Assembly: GCA_046347035.1 (NCBI GenBank) | Contig: JAXMGY010000001.1 | Location: forward strand, 18,485 to 82,484 | Direction of reading: 5' to 3' | DNA from: Gammaproteobacteria bacterium | GTDB taxonomy: Bacteria > Pseudomonadota > Gammaproteobacteria > JAJPIJ01 | Length of the DNA: 64,000 bases | Shown here: positions 1-11,099 of the stretch, piece after piece | Layout of the letters: every line of letters begins with the position of its first letter | Position numbering within the stretch: the first letter of the stretch is position 1 | The notes under the pieces: generated by a model | What the model saw: only the letters and a program-made list of their open reading frames with translations | Database searches by the model: none | What the model was told of the DNA's origin: nothing | Position numbers and translations under genes: made by a program

Positions 1-3
1 CGG

Positions 4-2706
4 TTGATCCAACAAAACCCGGTTACACCGGAACGCGGGTTGAGTTTTAACAACTTACTTACCCTGCAGGAAGACAATGAAGGTCATATTTGGATCGCTA
101 CCGACGGCGGCGGACTTAATCGATTCGATCCAAAAAGCGGAATGTTCAAACATTATCGTCACAGCGATGTGGACGAGAATTCAATCAGCAGTGATTCGGT
201 ACTCAGTATCGCGTTCGATAGCGATGGGATTCTCTGGGCCGGAACCTGGGGCGGGGGACTAAATCGATTTGATCCGCGTACCGAGCAGTTCGCGCACTAC
301 AGCAGCAACATCGAAGGTGCCGCGGGAGAACATCGAACTGGCCTGCTCGGTAATAACGTATTTCACGTTCGACCGGATGCGAAAGGCGGGATCTGGCTCA
401 GTGTTTGGGACACAGGCCTGCAGTATTTCGATCCGAAGACGAAAACGTTTACAAGCTTTCGCAAGGATGATCATGCAGCGCCCTTCACAATTGCCAATGC
501 GCACATCCACTTCATTCGCGAAGATCGCAAAGGCAACTTATGGGTCGGAGGTCACGATGGTCTGGAGCGCGTTGACGCGGACCGGCGCCATGTTGAGGCC
601 GTGCGGTTGAACGCGCAGAACAATATTTACGATAGCTTTGAAGCTGCAGATGGCATGCTTTGGTTCGCTACTGCCGACGGACTGGTGCGTTACGACCCGC
701 AGACAGGAGTCACTCGCAGTTGGAGCAAGAACGAAGGCCTGGCGAGTAATTTCATTGTGGGCATCGAAGGTGACAATTCCGGCAAGCTTTGGCTTGCCAC
801 GCGTCGTGGACTCACACGTTTCGATCCGGCAAATGGCGAGCTGCAAAATTATGGCGTTGAAGACGGCTTGCAGGGCTGGGAGTTTAGCCGCTACAGCCAC
901 ATCAAGAGCCGCGACGGCTTGATGTATTTTGGTGGTACCAATGGGTTGAATCAATTCAATCCTGAGGACATGCCTGTCAACAAGAATGTGCCGCCGGTTT
1001 TCATAGACGATTTGCAATTATTCAGTAAGCCAGTATCTGTTGGTCGTGACTCATTCTTACCGCAGAACGTTCGATACCTGGATCATTTGACGCTGCCCTA
1101 TTCGCAGAACGACATCACTTTTGCCTTTACCGCACTAGATTTCACTGCGCCGCAGAGCAATCGTTATCGATTTCGCTTGCACGGGTTTGACAACGAATGG
1201 ACCACGGTTGATAGCAGTCAACGCCGCGCGCGGTACACTAATCTCGCTCCTGGCAACTATCGATTTCAGGTTACGGCATCAAACAATGATGGAATCTGGA
1301 ACAATAACGGTGCTTCGATTGCGTTGACAGTGCGGCCGCCGTGGTGGATGACGTGGCAGTCAAAACTTGCAGTCATTGTAGCTCTTGTACTGGGTATTTA
1401 CTCATTGTTTGCGGCGCGTTTGCGCGCAAGCGAGCGTCGTCAGAAGCTATTGGCCGAATCTGTACGCCAGAAAGCGCATGAAAACGAATTACTGGAATCG
1501 CGCGTGGCGGAACGCACCGTTGATCTCGCGCAGGCCAATGCAAGCCTGCGCGAAGAAATCGCCCAGCGCGAGAAATCGGAAGCCGCACTGCGCGAAAGCG
1601 AGGCGCGTTTTCGCGAATTGGTCGAGACGACTCAAGTTGGTTATCAATCGTTGGATCTCGGCGGCCGTTACCTCGATGTAAATCCTGGCTTATGCACGAT
1701 GTTAGGCTATACGGCAGATGAATTACGCGGCCGCCGATTCGATGAAATATGGGCGTCAGTACCTGCCGAAAGCTTTGAAACCGAATTCGCGGCTTTTGGT
1801 CATGAACCACAGGCCACCAAGGAACTTGCACTGTTGAAGAAGGACGGTTCAAAGATAGATGTGATTTTGGAAGGTCGCGTACAGCGCGATCCACGAACCG
1901 GCGCCAAACAACTACATTGCTTTCTGGTCGATATTAGTCAGCACAAACAGGTTGAAGCCGCCCTGTTGCGAGCCAAGGAAGCCGCCGAATCGGCCGATCG
2001 CACCAAGTCCATGTTCATCGCGTCAATGTCGCACGAACTGCGTACGCCATTGAACTCCGTCATCGGATTTTCGGGCGTCATGCTAAGAGGCCTCAGCGGC
2101 GAATTAAGTGAGGCGCAGCGCAAGCAGCTTGAGCTTGTTTCCGGCGCAGGCAAGCATCTGCTGGCGTTGATCTCCGAGATCATTGACATTTCAAAAATCG
2201 AGGCTGGCTACTACGACTTAGTCAAAGAACCAGTCGATCTGAGTTCCGTCATCAACGAAGCAATGGAGACTGTGCGCGCTCAGGCGCAAGCGAAATCGTT
2301 GGAACTGACCGCGTACGTGCCAACTGGCGTGACATTGCAGTCAGACCGCAAGCGCCTGCTGCAATGCGTGCTGAATTTACTGAGCAACGCCGTGAAGTAC
2401 ACCGAAAAAGGCGGGGTAAAAATTGAAGTGCAGCAGTTGTCGCAGGAAGTTTGGATATCGGTAACCGATACTGGTCTGGGCATTGACACTGAAGCACTGC
2501 GGCAACTCTTCCAACCCTTCGAACGAGTTCGCTCGCCCCAGCACTTGAAAGAATCGGGAACCGGTTTGGGGCTTTACCTTACTCGCAAAATTGCGCGCGA
2601 ATTGCTTGGTGGAGACGTCGTCGTGCAAAGTACCCCAGGCCAGGGCAGCACCTTTTCACTGCGACTGCCGCATGGCACCACGACTGGCAAACTGAATTTG
2701 CAATAG
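4..2706 (+). CDS. Sensor histidine kinase (5'-truncated by window edge) with periplasmic two-component-regulator beta-propeller/Y_Y_Y repeats, one TM helix, coiled coil, PAS domain, HisKA and HATPase_c
   Basis: 900-aa ORF running from window start. Repeated WIAT/WVGT...GL.RFD propeller motifs. TM segment 'LAVIVALVLGIYSLF'. H-box 'SHELRTPLN'. G-box 'GTGLGLYL' at the C-terminus. Confidence 0.85.
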   Translation: MIQQNPVTPERGLSFNNLLTLQEDNEGHIWIATDGGGLNRFDPKSGMFKHYRHSDVDENSISSDSVLSIAFDSDGILWAGTWGGGLNRFDPRTEQFAHYSSNIEGAAGEHRTGLLGNNVFHVRPDAKGGIWLSVWDTGLQYFDPKTKTFTSFRKDDHAAPFTIANAHIHFIREDRKGNLWVGGHDGLERVDADRRHVEAVRLNAQNNIYDSFEAADGMLWFATADGLVRYDPQTGVTRSWSKNEGLASNFIVGIEGDNSGKLWLATRRGLTRFDPANGELQNYGVEDGLQGWEFSRYSHIKSRDGLMYFGGTNGLNQFNPEDMPVNKNVPPVFIDDLQLFSKPVSVGRDSFLPQNVRYLDHLTLPYSQNDITFAFTALDFTAPQSNRYRFRLHGFDNEWTTVDSSQRRARYTNLAPGNYRFQVTASNNDGIWNNNGASIALTVRPPWWMTWQSKLAVIVALVLGIYSLFAARLRASERRQKLLAESVRQKAHENELLESRVAERTVDLAQANASLREEIAQREKSEAALRESEARFRELVETTQVGYQSLDLGGRYLDVNPGLCTMLGYTADELRGRRFDEIWASVPAESFETEFAAFGHEPQATKELALLKKDGSKIDVILEGRVQRDPRTGAKQLHCFLVDISQHKQVEAALLRAKEAAESADRTKSMFIASMSHELRTPLNSVIGFSGVMLRGLSGELSEAQRKQLELVSGAGKHLLALISEIIDISKIEAGYYDLVKEPVDLSSVINEAMETVRAQAQAKSLELTAYVPTGVTLQSDRKRLLQCVLNLLSNAVKYTEKGGVKIEVQQLSQEVWISVTDTGLGIDTEALRQLFQPFERVRSPQHLKESGTGLGLYLTRKIARELLGGDVVVQSTPGQGSTFSLRLPHGTTTGKLNLQ

Positions 2707-2816
2707 ATGGAATTCAAAGCCGAGCGACTGGTAATGATTAGCACCAAGCTGCAATTGAGCATGTTTGTATGGATACGCCTAGCTTCAATAAGAAGCAAGT
2801 AGCTGCTTGACAGTTA

Positions 2817-4333
2817 TCACTTCATCGTCGGCATGGAGAATTCCGCGCGCGCACTCTTACCCGTGGGCCAACGCCCGGTGACGGTTTTCAGTCGCGTGTA
2901 AAAGCGCACACCGTCCGGACCGTGAACATGCAGTGGACCGAACAGGGAATTTTTCCAACCGCCGAAGCTGTGGAACGCCATCGGTACGGGAATTGGAATA
3001 TTGACACCCACCATTCCTGCTTCGATGCGTTGCGTGTAGCGCCGTGCGTTGTCACCGTCGCGCGTGAAAATTGCCGTGCCGTTGCCGTACTCATGTTTAT
3101 TGACTAGTTCGATGGCGGAGTCGAGATCGGGTACGCGCACGACGCACAACACCGGACCGAAGATTTCTTCACGATAGATCTTCATATTCGCGGTGACATG
3201 ATCGAACAGACAGCCGCCAAGGTAAAAGCCTTTTTCATGTCCCGGCACGCGCAGGCCGCGTCCGTCGACGACCAACTTTGCGCCTTCAGCAACACCGGCA
3301 TCCACGTACGCGGAAACCTTGTCACGATGCTCACCCGTCACCAGCGGCCCCATCTCTGCGTCGCGATCAGTGCCGATGTTGATGCGCAGTGCTTTCACGC
3401 GCGGTGCTAACGCGTTGACCAGCGCGTCGGCGACATCACCCACCGCCACTGCCACCGAAATCGCCATGCAGCGCTCGCCCGGGATCCATAGGCCGCGCCC
3501 ATCAAGCGTTCGCCGGCCATGTCGAGATCGGCATCCGGCATCACAACCATGTGATTTTTCGCGCCACCCAGCGCCTGCACGCGCTTGCCGTGGCGCGATC
3601 CTTCACTGTAGATGTATTGCGCAATCGGTGTGGAGCCGACAAAACTCACCGCACCCACGCGCGGATCCGACAGCAGTGTATCTACGGCTTCCTTGTCGCC
3701 ATTGACGACGTTGAGCACACCGTCCGGTAAGCCCGCTTCCTTCAATAGTTCCGCCAACCGCAGTGGCGGCGATGGATCGCGCTCGGACGGCTTCAATACG
3801 AAGGTATTGCCGCAGGCGATCGCCACCGGAAACATCCACATTGGCACCATGCAAGGGAAGTTAAAGGGCGTGATGCCGGCGCAAACACCTACCGGTTGGC
3901 GCAGCGACCAACTATCCACATCCGAGCCGACGTTTTCGGAAAACTCGCCTTTCAGCAAATGTGGAATGCCGCAGACAAATTCCACCACTTCCAGGCCGCG
4001 CGTCAGTTCACCGCGCGCATCGCTCAGTACCTTGCCATGTTCGGAGGTGATCAGCGCGGCGAGTTCGTCGGCGTTGCGCTCGATCAATTCTTTGAAGCGA
4101 AACATCACCCGCGCACGATTCAACGGTGTTGTGGCAGCCCATGCCGGCAAGGCTTTGGTGGCGGCGCTGATGGCCGCTGCCGTTTCAGACTGATTGGCCA
4201 GCGCTAACTTGGCAGTGACTTCGCCCGTGGCGGGATTGAAAACATTGCCAAGCCGCCCACTGTTGCCAGCGACGTGCGCGCCATTGATGAAATGACCTAG
4301 TTGTTTCACTCCAGTCTCCAGTAAATCATTCAT
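2817..4333 (-). pseudogene. mmsA: CoA-acylating methylmalonate/malonate-semialdehyde dehydrogenase (MmsA/BauC family), split by a frameshift near 3407-3470
   Basis: The 308-aa ORF 3407..4333 is an ALDH N-terminus. The 216-aa ORF 2817..3467 is the matching C-terminus ('EIFGPVL', 'PFGG'). Together they span about 505 aa, the expected MmsA length. Confidence 0.8.
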
Positions 4334-4364
4334 GAAGGAACTGCAACCGCGAATCGTAATTCAT

Positions 4365-4443
4365 CCGTCGTTCCCGCGAAGGCAGGACCCAGTCTAAGAA
4401 GCGTTGTTCTTCAACTGGATTACCGCTTGCGCGGGAATGACGA
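4365..4443 (-). repeat. MITE-like palindromic intergenic repeat, family copy A (reverse orientation)
   Basis: Reverse complement reads GTCATTCCCGCGCAAGCGGtAATCCAGTT..ACTGGGTCCtGCCTTCGCGGGaACGACG. Same architecture as seven other copies in the window. Confidence 0.75.
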
Positions 4444-4481
4444 TACATCTAATCGGATGTCAGAAGGCGTCACCTAGCAAT

Positions 4482-5599
4482 TTAGTGCCGCAGTGCTTCG
4501 GCCGCTGGCGTGTAATGACGTTTCAGTGCCTTCGCCACCGCTTGATGCGTAATCAAGCCATTGTGCACATTCAAACCATTGCAAAGATGCGGATCCTCGG
4601 CACAGGCGCGGCGATAACCTTTGTTCGCCAGCGCAATCGCAAATGGTAGTGTCGCGTTGTTGAGTGCAAAGGTTGAAGTGCGCGCCACGGCGCCGGGCAT
4701 ATTCGCCACACAGTAGTGCACAATGCCATCCACCACGTAAGTCGGATCAGCGTGCGTGGTCGCCTTGCTGGTTTCGAAGCAGCCGCCCTGGTCGATCGAT
4801 ATATCCACCAACACCGAGCCCGGTCGCATCTTCTTCAGCATCGGTCGCGTCACCAGTTTGGTGCCGCGGCGCCGGGGACCAACACTGCGCCAATGACCAA
4901 ATCCGCACTGACAACCTGTCGCTCAATGGTGTCGACGGTCGCATAAGCGGTATACAGCTTCGAGCCGAATTGCTCATCAAGTTGCTTTAAGCGATCAAGC
5001 GAAAGATCCACCACCGTCACATGCGCTTCCAGGCCCATGGCCATGCGTGCAGCATTGGTGCCGGCAACACCACCACCGAGCACGACCACTTTCGCGGGCG
5101 GTACGCCAGGAACGCCGCCGAGCAAAATGCCGGATCCACCGCGTTCTTTTTCCAAACAATGCGCACCGACTTGGATTGACATGCGACCCGCCACTTCGCT
5201 CATCGGCGACAACAACGGCAGCGTGCCACGTGGGCTAGTCACCGTCTCATAGGCAATGGCGGTGCAGCCGGATTTCATTAACGCCGACGCCTGTTTTGGA
5301 TCTGGCGCCAGATGCAGATAAGTGAAAAGCAGTTGCCCCTTGCGCAGCATGCGGCATTCGCCTGGCTGCGGCTCTTTTACCTTGACGATCATCTCCGCCT
5401 TGCGGAAGACTTCGGCGGCATTGGCGGCGATGCGTGCCCCGGCGGCGCGGTAGTCGCGATCAACGAAGCCGATGCCAAGTCCTGCGCCGGTCTGAATCAG
5501 AACGCGATGGCCATGATGAATCAACTCCCGCACGCTGGCGGGCACTAGGCCAACGCGGTATTCGTGGGTTTTTATCTCTTTTGGTACGCCGATGAGCAT
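4482..5599 (-). pseudogene. ald: Alanine dehydrogenase, split by a frameshift near 4850
   Basis: ORF 4850..5599 has the N-terminal Rossmann motif '[14 protein letters not shown]'. ORF 4482..4853 has the C-terminal Ald region. Combined length about 372 aa. Confidence 0.8.
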
Positions 5600-5681
5600 C
5601 GCAACCTCCTCGCGCCAAGGCGCGTTGGTGAAACGAAGTGATATTCGCTAACTATCTGCACGCCAATGTGCAAATGATGTC

Positions 5682-5756
5682 GTCATTCCCGCGCAGGCGG
5701 GATTCCAGTTCAATATGAACTCATTTTGAATCGGTAGCCGCTTACGCCGCGACGAC
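5682..5756 (+). repeat. MITE-like palindromic repeat, copy B (degenerate 3' hairpin)
   Basis: GTCATTCCCGCGCAGGCGGGATTCCAGTT followed by an AT-rich spacer and a degenerate second arm ending GCGACGAC. Confidence 0.65.
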
Positions 5757-5839
5757 AGGTTTATGTCTGATTGCGGCGAGCAGCTCCATTAAATTTGCTA
5801 CCCATCTATCCTTCTGACGCTTGTGGCGAATCGGAATTA

Positions 5840-7165
5840 CTACCCAACAGCGCGAATCGCCTCGGCCAAGGTCCCCAGCATCTGATCAATGTGTGGCTTC
5901 TCAACGATGAGTGGTGGCGATAGCGCAATGGTCTCGCCGGTCTGCCGCACCAGCACGCCCTTCTCAAAGCAGCGTATGAATACTTCGTAGGCGCGTGTGC
6001 CCGGCCGATCCGGCCGCGGCGCCATCTCCACCGCGCCGACTAGGCCGATATTGCGAATATCGATGACATTGGGCAGCCCTTTCATCGCGTGTAGGCCATC
6101 CTCCCAATACGAGGCCAGGGACGCCGCGCGCGTGAACAAACCCTCGTGTTCATATATATCCAGCGACGCCAGGGCTGCCGCGCAGGCCACCGGATGTCCC
6201 GAGTAGGTATAGCCATGGAAGAGCTCAATGGCATTCTCGGGCAAGCCCGCATTCATGAACGCGTCGTGGATGGCCTTGCGCACGAATACCGCGCCCATGG
6301 GAATGGCGCCGTTGGTGATGCCCTTGGCGGTGGTAATCATGTCCGGCACCACATCGAAATACTGCGCACCAAATGGCGCACCCAGTCGCCCGAAGCCAGT
6401 AATCACTTCGTCGAAGATCAAGAGAATTCCATGCTTGGTGCAAATCTCGCGCAGCTTCTGCAGGTAGCCGTGCGCGGGCAGAATCACACCCGCCGAGCCC
6501 TGCACCGGCTCGACAATGACCGCGGCAATGGTCGAGGCATCGTGCAGTGCAACGATGCGCTCTAAGGCGTCCGCCAGATGCGCGCCCCACTTTGGCACGC
6601 CGCGGCTGAAAGCATTGTGCTCCAGGTCGAAGGTATGCGGCAGATGGTCTACGCCGGGCAGCAAGGGCCCGAAACTCTTGCGATTATTGCCCAGGCCACC
6701 GACCGAAATGCCGCCAAAGCCAACGCCGTGGTAACCCTTCTCGCGGCCGATAAAGCGCGTGCGTGCGCCCTCGCCGCGATTGCGGTGGTAGGCAAGCGCG
6801 ATTTTCAGCGCCGTGTCCACCGACTCAGAGCCGGAGTTGGTAAAGAAAACGTGCTGGATGTCGCCCGGCATGTGCTTGACCAGCCGCGCGGCCAGCTCGA
6901 AAGGCAGCGGATGCGCCATCTGGAAAGTTGGCGCAAACTCCAGCTCGCGGATCTGCTTTGCCACCGCTTCGTTGATGCGCTCACGGCTGTGGCCGAGATT
7001 CACACACCACAGGCCCGCCGTACCATCAAGAATTGACCGGCCGTCGGCGGCGGTGAAATGCATGTCCTTGGCCGCGACAAGCAGTCGCGGTGCGCCCTTG
7101 AACTGGCGGTTGGCAGTGAAGGGCATCCAAAATGCGTCGAGATTGGTAGAGGCTTTACTGGTCAT
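5840..7165 (-). CDS. bauA: Class-III (omega) aminotransferase, beta-alanine:pyruvate transaminase-like
   Basis: Intact ORF. N-terminus 'MTSKASTNLDAFWMPFTANRQF' and the body strongly recall omega-amino acid:pyruvate aminotransferases. PLP-lysine region 'DMITTAKGITNGAIPMGAV'. Start taken at the internal Met (7165); the ORF track begins at 7234. Confidence 0.8.
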   Translation of the reverse strand: MTSKASTNLDAFWMPFTANRQFKGAPRLLVAAKDMHFTAADGRSILDGTAGLWCVNLGHSRERINEAVAKQIRELEFAPTFQMAHPLPFELAARLVKHMPGDIQHVFFTNSGSESVDTALKIALAYHRNRGEGARTRFIGREKGYHGVGFGGISVGGLGNNRKSFGPLLPGVDHLPHTFDLEHNAFSRGVPKWGAHLADALERIVALHDASTIAAVIVEPVQGSAGVILPAHGYLQKLREICTKHGILLIFDEVITGFGRLGAPFGAQYFDVVPDMITTAKGITNGAIPMGAVFVRKAIHDAFMNAGLPENAIELFHGYTYSGHPVACAAALASLDIYEHEGLFTRAASLASYWEDGLHAMKGLPNVIDIRNIGLVGAVEMAPRPDRPGTRAYEVFIRCFEKGVLVRQTGETIALSPPLIVEKPHIDQMLGTLAEAIRAVG

Positions 7166-7402
7166 GGCTCGTCGGTAAGCTTGGGTTGAACAGATGAAAG
7201 TCGCGGCCTCGGGATGAAAAAATTTTCCGCGCACTGCATTAGTAAATTGCTGCGCCGCTCAATCGCTATGCGCTGACCCGTAGATGGTCAAATCATAGCA
7301 CGCAATGATAAAAATAATAGACACCTCGGCATTCGATTCGCCGAAATGCTCAGTTATACTATGGGCGGTGTTTAGTATTTTGTGACCCCCGGAGAGCAGG
7401 CG

Positions 7403-8011
7403 ATGGCCAAAAAGAAAACCGCCGGCCGCTCAAAACGCGAACGGCCTGCTGAGAAAACTCGCGCCACCGAGGACATCGGTGCACGCCTGCAAGCCATTCG
7501 CACAATGGTGGGGCTGTCGCAGCGCGAGCTTGCCAAACGCGCCGGCGTCACCAACGGCATGATTTCGCTCATCGAGCAGAATCGCGTCAGCCCATCGATC
7601 AGCTCGCTGAAAAAAGTGCTGGACGGCATTCCGATGTCGTTGGCGGATTTTTTCACCATGGATCTCGGCGCCAACGGCCAGATTTTCTTTCATGATGAAG
7701 ACCTGCCCGATTTGGGCAGCGGTAAGATTTCGTTTCGTCTGGTGGGTTTCAATCGCCACAATCGCGCCATGTCCATTTTGCACGAACGCTATCATCCGGG
7801 CGCCGATACCGGTGAGGAAATGCTTTCGCACGCCGGCGAAGAAGGCGGTGTGATCGTACAGGGCAGCATTGAGCTGACCGTTGGCGGGCAGAAACGCATG
7901 CTCGGCCCCGGCGATGCCTATTATTTTGAAAGCCGGCTGCCGCACCGGTTTCGCAATCTTGGTGACGACATCTGCGAAGTGATTAGCGCTAACTCTCCGC
8001 CGACATTCTGA
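7403..8011 (+). CDS. XRE-family HTH plus C-terminal cupin transcriptional regulator (PuuR-like)
   Basis: HTH 'LSQRELAKRAGVTNGMISLIEQN'. Cupin 'GEEGGVIVQG...GDAYYFES..PHRF'. GGAGAG RBS sits 6 nt before the ATG at 7403. Confidence 0.75.
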   Translation: MAKKKTAGRSKRERPAEKTRATEDIGARLQAIRTMVGLSQRELAKRAGVTNGMISLIEQNRVSPSISSLKKVLDGIPMSLADFFTMDLGANGQIFFHDEDLPDLGSGKISFRLVGFNRHNRAMSILHERYHPGADTGEEMLSHAGEEGGVIVQGSIELTVGGQKRMLGPGDAYYFESRLPHRFRNLGDDICEVISANSPPTF

Positions 8012-8017
8012 TCAGCC

Positions 8018-9524
8018 ATGAACGCACCCACTTCCATAAATTGGTCGCAGCGCGCCCAGACTGTTCGGCCGCGCTCGCAGTGCTACATCGACGGCGGGTT
8101 TGTCGATGCGGCCAGTGGCGAGCGATTCGATTGCATCAGCCCCATCGATGGGCGTGTGCTGGCGCAGGTCGCGCGCGGCAGCAGTGTTGACATTGATCGT
8201 GCTGTTGCCAGTGCGCGCGCCGCATTCGAAGACGGTCGCTGGTCGCGGCAGGGTACCCGCTACGCGCAAGAAAATCTTTAGCCGCTTGCTGCGCGCATCC
8301 TTGCCGCATGGGCGAGGAACTGGCGCCGTTTGAGACGTTGGATGTCGGCAAACCGATCCGCAGCTTGAGTGTTGATGCGCCGCCACCGCGCGATGCATAA
8401 ATTGGTACGCCGAAGCCATCGATGGCATGATGACGAACAGCCCAGATGGCGCACTCGGCGCTGGCGCTCATCACACGCGAGGTCATGGGCGTCATCGGCG
8501 CCGTGGGTGCCGTGGAATTACCCCATGATTATGGCGGCATGGAAGTTGGGCCCCGCGCTCGCGACCGGCAATTCGCGGTGTTGAAGCCCAGCGGAAATCT
8601 CCGGCTCATGCGCTACGCTTGGCGGAGTTGGCTGTGGAATCAGGTTTGCCGCCAGGTGTATTCAATGTTGTGCCGGGTTACGGGCATGAAGCCGGTGAAG
8701 CATTGGCGCTGCACATGGATGTTGATGCCAGGGCTTTACGGGGTCGACGCGCGTTGGGCGGCGCATGCTCGACTATTCCAGCCGCAGCAATTTGAAACGC
8801 GTGTACAACGAAGCTGGGCGGCAAATCAGGCGCTGATTGTTTTCCCGGGATTTCAAGGATCCGGATCGCGCCGCCAGCGTCTGCTGCCGCTGGTGCGATG
8901 TTTTTCAACTGAAGAATCCTGCAACGCGCCGTCGCGCTTGCTGGTGCACGAAAGCATTGCCGAAGACTTCGTCAAGCGCATCACGGCCGAGGTTCCGCAC
9001 TACACGCCAGCTGATCCATTGCATTCAGATACGGTGATGGGCGCGATGGTGGATAAGCGCAGATGCGCACGGTGAAGAGCCATATTGATAGTGGGCGTAA
9101 GGGCGGCGCGCGTTGCGCTGTCGGCGAGCGCGCGCGACTCGACAGTGGTGGTTACTATGTGCAGCCGACGGTTTTCGATGGCGTGCGCAATGACATGGCC
9201 ATCGCACGCGATGAAATTTTCGGACCAGTGCTCAGTGTCATCCGGTTTCGCGATGAAGCCGAAGCGTTGCGCATCGCAAACGATTCAACATATGGTTTGC
9301 AGGCTAGCGTATGGAGTTCCGACATCGATCGCGCTCATCGCGTGGCGCGTTCGCTGCGCGCCGGCACCGTACACGTCAATCAATACGACGAGGATGACAT
9401 GACGGTTCCGTTTGGCGGATTCAAGCAATCTGGCAACGGCCGCGACAAATCACTACATGCTTTTGACAAGTACACCGAGTTAAAGACGACATGGATAAGA
9501 ATACAAATGGATGAGAGTCAGTAA
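8018..9524 (+). pseudogene. NAD-dependent aldehyde dehydrogenase (PuuC-like), disrupted by at least four frameshifts
   Basis: ALDH N-terminus in ORF 8018..8281. '[21 protein letters not shown]' in a second frame. C-terminus 'EIFGPVLSVIRF...PFGGFKQSGNGR' in ORF 9063..9524. Confidence 0.7.
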
Positions 9525-9593
9525 ATCGGAATAAACGTGGTTTTGAAGTCCTACCAACCCGAGATTGTGGTGACGACAGCGAGGACAATAGTC

Positions 9594-10760
9594 ATGACAA
9601 CATTTACTATGAAAAATAAGCGCGTTGCTTGGAAATTAAGTGTAGTAACGGTCGGCGCCTTCATCGGCGTTGCCACATCGGCCATCGCCGTGGCTGAAGA
9701 GGACAAATTCGTCGACATCGTCGCTTGGCCTGGTTACATCGAGCGAGGCGAAACCGACAAAGCTTACGATTGGGTGACGGAATTCGAAAAGGCCAGTGGC
9801 TGCCAGGTGCGGGTGAAAACCGCTAACACCTCTGATGAGATGGTGGCACTGATGAATGAAGGCGGTTTTGATTTGGTGACCGCGTCGGGGGATGCGAGTT
9901 TGCGCCTGGTTGCCGGCGGCCGCGTGCAGGAAATCGACACCAGTAAAATCCCGAGCTGGAAGAACGTTGATGAGCGCCTGCAAAACGCGCCCTGGCACAC
10001 CGTGGATGGCAAGCATTACGGAGTTCCTTATCAATGGGGTCCAAATGTGCTGATGTACAACACCAATGTTTTCAAGGAAGCACCGAAAAGCTGGAAAGTG
10101 GTGTTCGAGCCCATGGATTTGCCGGACGGCAAGCCCAATCAAGGTCGTGTGCAAGCCTACGACGGTCCTATCTACATTGCCGATGCCGCGCTCTACCTCA
10201 TGCACAATAAGCCAGAGCTGGGCATTAAGGATCCATACGAACTGAATGAGGATCAGTACAAGGCCGCGCTTGATCTGATGCGCGGACAACGCAAGCTGGT
10301 GTCGCGCTACTGGCATGACGCGATGATCCAGGTCGATGATTTCACCAACGAAGGCGTGGTGGCTTCGTCAAGCTGGCCGTTCCAGGTGAATCTCTTGCAG
10401 TCGAAGAAAGCACCCATCGCCAGCACCGTGCCAGAGGAAGGCGCCACTGGTTGGGCTGATACCACGATGATGCACGTTAATGCGCCGCATCCTGGTTGCG
10501 CCTACAAGTGGCTGGAGCATTCGCTTGATCCGAAACTGCAAGGCGATCTGGCGGCATGGTTTGGTTCGGTACCTGTTGTCACTGCGGCCTGCAAGGGCAA
10601 TGCGCTACTGACGGATGAGGGCTGCAAAACCAACGGTCTGGAGTTATTCGATCGTATTCATTTCTGGAAGACGCCGGTCAGCAAGTGCGCCACACAGAGC
10701 GAATGCGTACCTTACTATCGGTGGGTAACCGATTCGATTGCTGTCATCGGCGGCCGTTGA
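9594..10760 (+). CDS. Polyamine ABC transporter periplasmic substrate-binding protein (PotD/PotF/YdcS family)
   Basis: Signal peptide 'MKNKRVAWKLSVVTVGAFIGVATSAIAVA'. GAGGA RBS 8 nt upstream of the 9594 ATG. SBP fold. Confidence 0.8.
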   Translation: MTTFTMKNKRVAWKLSVVTVGAFIGVATSAIAVAEEDKFVDIVAWPGYIERGETDKAYDWVTEFEKASGCQVRVKTANTSDEMVALMNEGGFDLVTASGDASLRLVAGGRVQEIDTSKIPSWKNVDERLQNAPWHTVDGKHYGVPYQWGPNVLMYNTNVFKEAPKSWKVVFEPMDLPDGKPNQGRVQAYDGPIYIADAALYLMHNKPELGIKDPYELNEDQYKAALDLMRGQRKLVSRYWHDAMIQVDDFTNEGVVASSSWPFQVNLLQSKKAPIASTVPEEGATGWADTTMMHVNAPHPGCAYKWLEHSLDPKLQGDLAAWFGSVPVVTAACKGNALLTDEGCKTNGLELFDRIHFWKTPVSKCATQSECVPYYRWVTDSIAVIGGR

Positions 10761-10853
10761 TAGATCAATGCTACATGTAAGGCATAGAGGTTAACTTGCT
10801 CCTCTCGCCGAGTCTGAATGACGGAGCAGAAATCGGTACTAGCGCGCAATGCC

Positions 10854-10930
10854 GTCATTCCCGCGCAAGCGGGAATCCAGTTAAAGATGAATTTATTTTT
10901 AACTGGGTCCCCGCCTGCGCGGGGACGACG
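10854..10930 (+). repeat. MITE-like palindromic repeat, copy C
   Basis: GTCATTCCCGCGCAAGCGGGAATCCAGTTaaagatgaatttatttttAACTGGGTCCCCGCCTGCGCGGGGACGAC. Confidence 0.8.
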
Positions 10931-11099
10931 GCTTGTCTTTGTTTGCATTAAATGACTCGCTGGGAGTGATAGCTATCTTCATGGCCGTTCCCTCTCCCCT
11001 CGCGGCAGAGGGTCAGGGTGAGAGGGAATGTTGGCACCAACGCCGACTATTCCCTTGCGTCTCCTGCCGTGTGCGAGAAATAGAGAATAAGGAGGATGC

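Noticed and set aside
4404-4649. 81-aa ORF (and its twin 10715..10948) encoding '…NWI(T/P)ACAGMT…'
   Set aside because: Both are read-through translations of the MITE-like repeat hairpins (copies A and C). The shared peptide is a repeat artefact, not a protein family.
9636-10316. 226-aa minus-strand ORF
   Set aside because: Antisense to the substrate-binding protein gene; composition artefact.
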